Below are positions 13,101 through 24,700 of a stretch of 64,000 bases of DNA, one piece after another (the stretch's first letter is position 1; the number at the start of each line of letters is the position of its first letter). The notes beneath the pieces are model-generated. The model ran no database searches, had not been told where the DNA came from, and worked only from the letters and a program-made list of their open reading frames with translations. The DNA is from Octopus bimaculoides (Eukaryota), in contig NC_068984.1 of NCBI RefSeq assembly GCF_001194135.2, forward strand, positions 23,607,616 to 23,671,615, in the 5' to 3' direction. Both the position numbers and the translations under genes were made by a program.

Positions 13101-15707
13101 AAACTTTAGCACGCCGGGCGAAATGCTTAGCGGTATTTCGTCTGCCGCTACGTTCTGAGTTCAAATTCCGCCTAGGTTGACTTTGCCTTTCATCCTTTCG
13201 GGGTCGATTAAATATATACATGACAGGCTTCTTACAGTTTCTGTCTACCAAACCCACTCACAAGGCTTTGGTCAGCCCAAGGCTGTAGTAGAAGATACTT
13301 GCCCAAGATACTCTGCAACAGGATCAAGCCCAGAACCATGCAGTTGGGAAGGTTGCTAATATTCCATACATAAACCTAAAACATTATGCAGTTTCATTCC
13401 AATTGTAGAATCTTACATCATGATCTGAGTCAAACAAAATGGCTTTTAAAGTTACAAAGTGCCTCCAATCACAAACCAGTTTTATTACATCTAACCCCAT
13501 CTTCAACCATCTGTCACTCTCCCTCACACTCTTGTGAAACTATACCCACTTTTCCCAACCATCCTAATCCACTGTCCGTATCCTTTCTTATGCTCTCTTT
13601 TTTGTGCTTTAAGAGTTTGTTCATGCACCCTATCACTCCCATCTTATCTGCTCCCCAGCTACTTGCACACTCCCTTATAAAATGCAGGGTAGCATGTATC
13701 TTCTCTATAGCAAGATGTTTCCACTTTTCTGTCTATCAAACTTTAACCTCTCAACACCTGGCATAAATCCATCTCTCCCTTCTCAAATACCCATACACAC
13801 ACTTAGTCAAGAGGGCCTTTTCCATTCCCTGTTCTTTTCCCATCTTGCAAGTTACTTGGCAACCTCGATGCAGCGCTGCAGCTCATCTGATCATGTCAAA
13901 TTGTTCAACCAATGCCAATATGGAAAAGGACATTAAATAATGAGTACGATCATCATCATCATTGCTATGATTTATTGCTACAGCTGAAAACATTCAGATT
14001 AAGCAGTTAAAGAATACAGAATGGCATGATTTCTGGTAGTTTGAAAGCTGTGCTACCGTTGAGCAGTTCCTCCTGAAAATCCTTAGGAAATTTAATCTTA
14101 CTCATCATAGAAGTACTAATTGTTAACATGGAGTTTATTAGATCATTGTCAGAATATGCTGCTCCACTAGTTTTATGTCAAATTAAAGGACAGTCACTGT
14201 TCCAAATAATTCTGAATAAACTATGTCAGCTATCAATTTCCTTGAATCAGACTAAATTTCAAACATACATGAGGTTACCTACATGTACTTTACGGTAGTT
14301 GTTCAACCTATTAAAAATAGTAGCTAAATTCACTTCAAACCATATGCTACAAGGTTAAAAAAAGAAGGATACGCTGTAATGATATGAGATGGTCATGACT
14401 GGAATGGTTTATTTAAAGATCTACTTCATCAGAATTGTATAGGGATTAAAGAATAATAATTCCATATGCATCTGACTTTAACTGCTGACTTATAAAGGGC
14501 AAATGTGTACAGATGGATATTCATTCATCCAATTTACATGTTTTTCCAAGCTAGCATGAGTTTGATGAATATTCATTACTGAAGCATAGTTATTACAGAC
14601 AGATGCTTTTCCTGCTTCAAACTCTAACCTGGTTGTCAAATATGGACATCAAAAGTGCAGAGTAGGCAGACAATTTGTTGATAGAGAATGATAACAAACT
14701 TCACCAATTTTTTGGATTAGTGCAGAAAGTAAACATTTACAGAGACATGCAAATGTGTGTACACACACACACACACACACACGTATATATACGACAGGCT
14801 TTGTACAGTTTCCATCTATGAAATTAACTTCAAGGCAGTAGTTGACCCAGGATTACAGAAGACACTTGCACAAAGTGCTATGCAGTGAGACTGTACAATC
14901 TCTCTCTCTCTCTCTCTGTTTATTATATCAAAAGTATACAGTCTACCCTGACATTTGCCACTGGCCAGGCTGTTCGTGACTGTTGAATAGAAAAAGGGAT
15001 TTACATCTTTCATGAAGTTAGGTAGACCTAAAACATGCTTGGATGGGTCGAACACAAATTTAGATATGTAGAGATTATATAAGAAATTAAGATGTATGTA
15101 TGAGTCAAACACTCCTACTATTTTCTGATTGTATATTGGAACTTTAATTGAAGAGAAAAGTTAAATTTGGAGGAGTGGCCTTGGTTCTTGTTCAAAGCAC
15201 AAACGCCTAGATGTTAGCTATTGTTGTCTATTGGTGCAAATGGACAGCTCTCACCTGTCACCAACCCTCACATTTTTTATATTCTGAGTTCAAATTCCAC
15301 TGAGGTCGACTTTGTCTTTCATCCTTTCGGGGTTGATAAAATAAATACCAGTTGAGCACTGGGGTCAATGTAATCGACTTACTCCAGCCCCTGAAATTGC
15401 TGGCCTTGTGCCAAAATTTGAAACCAAAATATTTCTTCTTGATCAAACATGTTTCTCATTGCAGAGCAGAAACAAACATCACTTGAATGACAGTGATGCT
15501 CATTTACAACACAAGATGTCAAGATAAGGTGTACACACATACATATACAACAAGCATCTTTCAGTTTCCACCTGCCAAATCCACTCACAAGGCTTTGGTC
15601 AGCCCAGGGCTATAGTAGAAGACACCTGCTCCAGATGCCATGCAGTGGGACTATACGCGAAACTACATGAATATATATNNNNNNNNNNNNNNNNNNNNNN
15701 NNNNNNN

Positions 15708-15748
<41 letters not shown>

Positions 15749-18700
15749 TATATATATATACATACACATGTATTTGTGTGTTTATGTGAGGGAGTTCATA
15801 TCACCCCTTGTATTCATTGGTTGTAAACAATGGCCTCACAAGCAAACAGTGTTGTTTGTTTCCAGTTCATAACAAAAACATATCTAGGCTGGTTGTTGTT
15901 TGATAGATTGAGAGATTATAACCTTGCTTGAAATAAGTGCTGGTTGGTTTCAGGAAGTGCATCTGGCAGTAAAAAATACTGCACCACCTTACTCATCTGA
16001 CCCATTCAAGTATGGAAAAGGTGGGCATTAAGACAAAAATGACAATGCTGGTTTCTTTGCATTTTCTGTCTACAATTTCATTTACAGGGCATTGATCAAT
16101 CTGACATGAAAGTAGAAGAAATTTGACCAAGGTGTCACACAAAATGATATTCATTGCCACATAGCCAAGCACGCATGAATACACACACATACATACACAC
16201 ACATTTAGATACAAACATATACACATACATACACATAAAATTTAATTTTTTACACAATTCTAAATCTTAAATAAGCTGGGGAAAAAAATCATTTTTCAGT
16301 AAAATGATAATTTTGGCATTATAGAGCTTAAAACAAATAGAAAAAAGAAAACGGGATGGTGACATATACAATTAAAAAGCAATATAACAGAATCAAGACA
16401 ACTTGTTTTACAGCAGTCAGAAAATAAAACATGGCATTTATGGAATTGGCAACAACAGAAGGCAGTGTGTTTTTGTTTCATTTAATAACCATATTCCAGA
16501 TTACATTGGTCGGCTAAGTTGCCCCATACATATTTGTCCTTATTACAATTACAATGCAGACATAGTAATGTGATCAAGGTAATAGAACATACACCAGTGA
16601 AGGGAAAGATTTTATAACTATATCTTCTGCCTCATACCAGTTAAATAATGGAAGAATATATAAAGGCCATCTACAATGGCTACATTCTTCAGTAATTGAA
16701 GCAGCTTTTAAGTGGGAAAACGGATTTAATAAATTACAGAAGGCTTAACGGTATAACAGTGCTCTACTTTCAAACCAGGAGTTCAGATCTTGCAATTGGC
16801 AATTTTATTGTGATCTAGGTGAAGCACATTACTTTCCAGTCAGTTATCACAATGGATAATTTGACATAAAAGCTAAGTAAGAAAGATTGTATTTTTATCT
16901 ACAGTTCAACTGGTACGCTTTTTTATGATCCTTAGGTACTATACTTTTAGAAACACAGTTTTCTTTCAACTAGAACTGAATGAAACAAAATGTATTGCAA
17001 TTACAAATTTATTCTTATCGACTGTGCATATCAATAAAAACACGAAATCAACCCTAACTAAAGGAAAAGTATGTGTAAATGTATGCATATGCATGTATGT
17101 GCGTGAGTGTATGTGTTATATGTTGTTTCATTGGAGCTGAAAAACTTTGCAAACTTACTCAGCATTTTCTGTAACCGATCGTAATATGAAACTCTAGAGT
17201 TGCAAAGTTGTTCAGCTTCAATAAAACACTATATTTTACTCTACCTTTGGCATTTAAGAGCTATTTTTTCTGCACTCCATTTTATACTTATGTGATTGCA
17301 TGTATGTGCATATACACACACATAGATACACGCCAATGAATGAATGAGTGATGATACAAACCACCCCCACCCCACTACACACACACATGCATACATTCAT
17401 TCATATATAGTTCCAATATATTTCTCATAGATGCTCTGGGATCTTAAGGGATTTCAGGCCTTCAATCTGAGACCCCATTTCCATTACCCAGTTAATCCAG
17501 CCACAGTTGATCGAGTTCCAGCTTATGTCATCTCAATAACAGCAAATTATGGTCTGCTCACTTTATCCGAAACCATCTAGGACAAACACATACACATACA
17601 AATTATAATAAATCTATCAATATACTGTCTTCTTAATTTAAACCTTTTGATAACAGGCCACCTGAAACCTAACCTGGTCCTGTGGTACAAACTTCTTGAT
17701 TTAAAGTAATCTAAATTGAAATTTATCAAAATTTCATATCAAGTTCCAAACACGAACTTAATAATAATAAAAAAAAATTTACTGAATTCTTCATTCTTTC
17801 AAAATTAATTGAAACAAAGAAGTGTATTTCAAAATAAATATGATAACAAAAAGATTAAAACGAATATCAAAATTGTAACCAATTCATTCCTTTTAACTTT
17901 ATGAATGAAATTAAGTTCTTTCTTGTAAAAAGCTTCATTTTTTTAATGATACTACAATGTAAAGTTTTAATTTGTTGGATATTTTTTTTACGAGAAATTA
18001 CAAGAGAATGTTGGAAACGTGGCTGCATGGTTTAAGTAGCTTGCTTCCTAGCCATGTAATTGCAAGTTCAGTCCCACTCCACAATACTTTGGACAAGTGT
18101 CTACTAGCATAGCCCCAGGTCAACTAAAGCCTTGTGAGTGGATTTGAGACAGAAACTGAAAGAAGCTTACTGTACTCACATACATACATGCCAGGAAATG
18201 CATTTGGCCTAAAACTACAAGCTCATTATGTATTTAAATGTGATGTATGAATTATACAGAGGTTGCTTGAATGCATTCCTTGGATTACTGTGTTGACTGA
18301 TAAAGAGGCAGGAGGAAGAAGAAGGCGTCCTAGGGCTGTGCCAAACATTTCCTCATCCACAAAACTGCCTTGAAGTACACAAAACAGTACAGCCAAAGCC
18401 TGATGACTGTCGGGCTAAATTGTAAGAAAGAATTTGACTATTCCTCACTCAAGGAATATAGAATCAAGACAAAACAACATGCTGAAGTTCCAACATCTAT
18501 AATCAATGCCATTAAGAGGCCTACAACAACATGGTCCTCAGGGATATCAATAAGAATTAAAGTTACCTCTTTAGTCATGAACAATAATTAGGCTATCAAC
18601 AGGAATATTTCAGGGTGATAGCTTATCTACAATGTCTTTCATCCTATCAGTGAAACCTTTTCTACCCCGTTAGGCAATACAAAGGCTGCTTGATAAGATT

Positions 18701-21700
18701 TTCAGATGAAAGAAAGACCAATGTTACTCACACATTTTTTGGTTGATGAGAAATATACACGAAACCAAGGGACAATTAGAATTGATTACAATATTCTCAA
18801 GGGACATAAATGGAGTATGGTTAGCTGGGGTGCCTGAGGGGCATGTTCCCCGCTCAAGAAAAGAAGTGTGCCCTTCTAAATAATATTATTACTCCCTTTT
18901 CTCCTGGAATTGTATTCCCTTCTGACCTTGTGCCCTCCCTTCGAAAAATTCCTGGGACTGCACCTGGTTAGGACAAGTGTTCATATTTGATAGTCAAATG
19001 ATGAAAAATTGTCAACCAGGCAAATAATAATGATGATCATCATCCAATGTTTTAAATGTGGGTTTTGTCCCCATTAACGGGGTTGGCCAGATCTACCTTA
19101 ATGCCATAGCAACTGCCCTCACACCACTTTGCCATCTTGCCTGGTTTTGGGCATCCTCCTTTTTCAAACCAACCCTCCTAATCTCCTCCACCACCTTTTC
19201 TACCTTGCTTTTGCGATCTATTTACCTCAAATGCAATCACCCTCCTCAAAACATACTCTTCATTCATCCTCAACATATGCAATTCTTCCCTTGTCCTTCT
19301 CACTAAAATTCAACCTTCCATCACTCCCCCTCATGCATCTTCCCCACTCAACACCTCTTCCATCTTTTTACATTGATTTAATAAACCTAAACACACTATC
19401 TGGGTTCTCACCCAGCCCACTCAACCTCTCCTCAGCCTCTTTCCTCATAGATCTCGCAACCACCCTCTTTGCATGATTCTTCATGTTATTATACCTGGCT
19501 TTCATTTGCTCAGTCCTATTATTACATAAAGCTTTATGTGCCACCTTCTTCCTCACTATCGCATCCCTCACCCCCTCATTCCACCACTACGTATCTCCTC
19601 AATCTCTCCTACTTTTCATCCTTCCACATACTTCGTCAGTACTCCTTCTTTAAAAGACCTCCACAAATCCAGTGCATCAATGCTTACCAACTCCCCAACT
19701 CTCTCCTCAAATGTAGCTCTTGTTTCACCTCCTTCAGTTTCCACACCTTTCTCCACTCAACTGTTCCCTCTCTCACACACTTTTTAACTTTCCTCTTATC
19801 CAAGTCAGTAACCACCAATCTGTGCTGCAACTCCCGTGGTATTGTCTTCACATCTCTCAGATACTTTCTGTTTTTCCTGCCAACCAACACAAAATCAATC
19901 TCTGTCTCATTCCCTCCTGCACTGAAAGTCACCTTCCTTTTCTCTGTTTTCCTAAACCACGTGTTCGCCACACACAACTCTTTCTCATCACAAAACTCCA
20001 ACAGCATCCTTCCTTCCATATTTCTCTCCCCAATTCCATTTCCTCCATGCACACCCTCAAAGCCCTGGATCCATTTCCCAACATGTCCATTAAAATCACC
20101 CATGCCTAAAACCAATTTGTCCACCTTATGTAAGTCCCACTCATTCGCCGTTTCATCAAAGAACTGCTCTTTCTCAACTATCCCTCTTCCACTTTACAGA
20201 CCATACCCACAAATCACCCTCATCACTTCTTCCTCAAATGCTAACACTACTGTCATCACTCTGTCACTCTTTCTCCTGACCTCCACCACCTTCTCACAGA
20301 TTTCCTCCTTCACCAAAACTCCTACACCTCCATAATATGGATGCCATTGGCCTCTCTATCTCTCTTATTACCAGTGATGAATGTTACAACTACATTGGAA
20401 TCATTGAGAATATTGCATATATTGGTGCTGCGAGTAAATCAAAAATGACTAAAGAATACTTTCAGCAGACTTTGGAAAGTACATTAATCAGAGTTGTCTG
20501 CATTCAATAAAACTATATCCCAAATGGTTTCACAGTGTCAGTGTTAGGACCAACATTTGGGGTACGAGACTGGACACATGAAGACTATGAAGATATTAAC
20601 AATAGCTGGTAACTTATACATCAACAGCAACACTAACATGATAAACAGAGGGATGGAGGTACAAGATCAGTCTAAACGTCGCTTTGAGTACTGCAACAGG
20701 TCACCTAGACAACACCTGTTGAGCAGTAAAGAGAGAAACGAGTATATTATATGCAGACTCAACAGTGAAAGTAATAACACCATGAGATTAGATGAAGAAC
20801 TCCCAAACAGGCACAGTTATGCCATGTGAACTAAGAGTGGTTGTACTAACCTATTTAAATAGAAACTTGGAAGAGAAACACGCATCAAACCAGCAGAAAG
20901 TTATGCATAGTCATATATCCTGTAAGTTAGAGAATACCAACAACATTGATAGGAATAGCAGCCTCTTTTAAACCTTCAATTATTATATTACATCTTACCT
21001 CGGAAGCTATGCTTTTACTATCCAAGAAAAAGAGAAAGCTACTGAGAACCCAATAAACAAAAGAGATAAGGATACTTCTAGATCTCAAGTATCGACTGTG
21101 CTCTCCCAAGGTGGGAGACATCACCTATATCATTAGCAGTTGCCCAGCTACATAGTTACATGCAGATCCACCAAAGTTACTGGTAGATAGATAATCACCC
21201 CAAGGGATTGCAATAATAAATATGAGCCAACAAGGGAATCTTTGTGATTGTTTGACCTGCAAGAAATAGCAACCAAATCTTTGTCAAATCACTTTCTACC
21301 ATCTCAGAAAAGGAAGGACACATGGCACACTGGACAATTTAGTCCTAGATATACATGAAGTCAAGAAGGAAAATGGCTGGAATAGCTTTAATTTAGATCC
21401 AGGTCAGCTCAGCCCTGGATCTAAACAACAAGAATATATATATAATGTGCAATCATCCAACAAATAGTAACATTTAAATATAACAGTTGTTTGAAATAAA
21501 AAAATAATAAATAAATGAACCAACCTCTTTGTTGACTAGGTAATCCAATAGGCACAACAATTTTGCGTACCAGAAACTCAGAGCGGAGTCCATATGGACC
21601 AATATCACGCCTTTTCAATAACTCTGTCGTCGTTATCTCCGTTTCAGTGGAAACAGTGTTTGTGCCACCGGCAGGTGTCTTCACAGACATGTCATCCCAC

Positions 21701-24700
21701 CGAAGACATACCCAGAGAATCCGTAGCTGCAGACCAGCTGCTGCGAGGGATTTGAGAGTTTGCGTGCGATATCGCCATGCAGATTTGAAAGAAGGTCGTG
21801 GACACTGATAAATCCAATTCACATTGTTCATTTTGCAGTTATAATTAAAACCAGAAGCTTCCATATTACCACCTTTCCGTGCTAGTCGTTTCAGTTCATG
21901 ACTTTCTAAGACAAAAATACTTTTTGATTTGCTAGGAGTTTGAAATTTCTGACATACTGGCAAACTACTTTTACGTAACATTTTGGTCCGTTTACCAATT
22001 TTGGAAAATTTTGGCAGCCTAAACTTATCTTTTGTAGTTCTTATAGGTGGCATCTTAGCCTTTAATTCATCAACAGTCATAGCAGCTAATGCCTGTCTGG
22101 CAGCTATTTGAGCTGGTGTCAAGGCAGGTGCTACAGCTGGTTTCGCAGTGAGTAGTTGTGCTACAGTACTGTTGCTGGCTACAGTGCTGATCTTCCTGAC
22201 AGGAGTACTCTTCTGTTCGGCAGTTACAGGTGTAGCTTTAGCAATTGTCAACCCACCAGTCTGGAGAAGTGATATGTCCGAAGAAAGTTTAGCAGGAAGT
22301 AAACTTTTGCCAACTAATCCATCAGAGAGTTGTTTAGTTGTATTTTCTGAATTAACCAAAAGAGATTTAGAAGTATTTTCTTTATCACCTTCCACATCAA
22401 TTTTTTCATTTCCATGGTCAACATTGGAAGAATCACTTTTTTTACCATTGACTACAACAGGTTTCGCTGGTGTTTTATCTACACTGGCAGTCTGTAGTGG
22501 AGCAGATTTTGTAAGAGAATTTGAAGTAGGTGTTGTAAAGACTACCATGGCAGGGCTGGAAGTTGCAGTTGATATTGCCACAGGAACTTTAGTCCCAGGA
22601 ATAGCCACCTGTGTTGGAGTCAAAGAAGTTGTATTATTAATTGAGTTATTCAAAGAGTCTTTTGATACAATAGAGATTGGTATGGCAGAGACATTTGATG
22701 AGGTAGTACCTAATGTGATCGTTGGTAGTGAAGATGTTGCAAGTGTCACAGGGATGGTACGAACGGCTGTTGCTGCTAATGATACAGGAATGGTGCATTT
22801 TGGAGATGGAGTGATTGCTGTGGGAGCAGAGGGTGTTGTGACAGCTGTTGTTTGAATGGGCGAGACAGTTGACCGTGTTGTAGATATGGCTGTAGGGGTT
22901 GCTACTAATGATACTGCAGTAGCGGTGGTAGATGCTGGTGCTGTAACAACAGATGATGTAGCAGATATTGATGGAGTTGATGGTGAAGTTGTTGTAGCAG
23001 CAGTTACAACTGTTTTAATCAAAGAACTAGTAGGAGTACTGGTAAGAACAATAGCTGGTGCAGCTGCACTAGTAACAGTTTTTACAAGTGTATTTGGCAT
23101 TGTTACTGCAACAGTTTTTGCAAGTGCAGTTGGTGTTGTTACTGCAACAGTTTTTGCAAGTGCAGTTGGTGTTGTTACTGCAACAGTTTTTGCAAGTGTA
23201 GTTGGTGTTGTTACTGCAACAGTTTTCGCAAGTGTAGTTGGTGTTGTTACTGCAACAGTTTTTGCAAGTGTAGTTGGTGTTGTTACTGCAACAGTTTTTG
23301 CAAGTGTAGTTGGTGTTGTTACTGCAACAGTTTTCGTAAGTGTAGTTGGTGCAGTTACTGCAACAGTTTTTGCAAGTGTAGTTGGTGCAGTTACTGCAAC
23401 AGTTTTTGCAAGCATAGTTGGCGTTGTTACTGCAACAGTTTTTGCAAGTGCAGTTGGTGCAGTTACTGCAACAGTTTTTGCAAGTGTAGTTGGTGTTGTT
23501 ACTGCAACAGTTTTTGCAAGTGTAGTTGGTGTTGTTACTGCAACAGCTTTTGCAAGTGTAGTTGGTGTTGTTACCGCAACAGTTTTTGCAAGTGCAGTTG
23601 GTGTTGTTACCGCAACAGTTTTTGCAAGTGCAGTTGGTGTTGTTACTGCAACAGTTTTTACAAGTGTATTTGGTGTTGTTACTGCAACAGTTTTTGCAAG
23701 CGTAGTTGGCGTTGTTACTGCAACAGTTTTTGCAAACGTAGTTGGTGTTGTTACTGCAACAGTTTTTGCAAGTGTAGTTGGTGTTGTTACTGTGACTGTT
23801 TTTACAAGTGTAATTGGTGTTGTTACTGCAACTGTTTTTACAAGTGTAGTTGGTGTTGTTACTGCAACAGTTTTCAATGCAGTGGGTGTTGTTACTCCAA
23901 CAGATTTCACCGATGTAGTTGATGTTGTTACTGCAACAGTTTTTACCAATGTCGTTGGTGTAGTTACTGCAACAGTCTTTGCAGGTTGAGCATTTGAAGT
24001 TACAGCTTGTTTATTATTTCGACAAAATGGAGAGTAGCAGGAAGGTGTGATGGCAGTTTCGTTAGTTGTAGCCTTTTGCAATCGGCATGATATGCAATAG
24101 CAGCAGTACTTCAGAGGCAATGACTGTTTTGTAACATTCACATTTTCTTGAGAATTTTTTGTTTCTTGTTTTAACAAAGCTGCTGCAGCAGGTGTGAGAA
24201 TTTTTACCTGTGAATTAGCTGGTTGTAATTTCAATTTAAATGCAATTTGTTGTTCTATGGCTTGTCTCTGCTTTTTCTCCATTTCGTCACATTTTAAACG
24301 CCGTTCCAGAAGGGTGTCTAGTTTAGAAAATGGTTTCACTAATTTAGGATAATACATTTTCTTCTGAAATGCATCAGAAACATCAATAACGTCAACACCT
24401 ATTTTAGGTGGAAGACTAGTATAAGGAGGAAATGAGAACAAATGTTGATTCAATCTAATATAGTCATCAGATTTTATATCAGGATCATCATCAAATTCCA
24501 TTTTATTATCCTTAACAGCTGTATCAGTGACTACTTTATCTTTTGTTTCAGATTCTTTCTCAACATCCTGTGTTGTTTTTTTAGGAGACACCAATGACAA
24601 TTCAGATCGTTTTTCATCTTTACATGTGTTAGCTTCCAATTTGGGATCAGACCTAATTCCTGATTCTTCTTTTACATCAATTTCTTTCTTTTCAGTTGGT

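Noticed and set aside
23089-23985. 36-bp repeat as a CRISPR array, or as LC8 dynein-light-chain binding sites
   Set aside because: There are no spacers and the repeat is in-frame eukaryotic coding sequence. KTVAVTT lacks the Gln of the TQT anchor, so LC8 binding is unsupported.
22148-23989. 235-aa and 377-aa Val-rich + strand ORFs
   Set aside because: Antisense shadows of exon 10 and its 36-bp repeat, which lacks stops on that strand.
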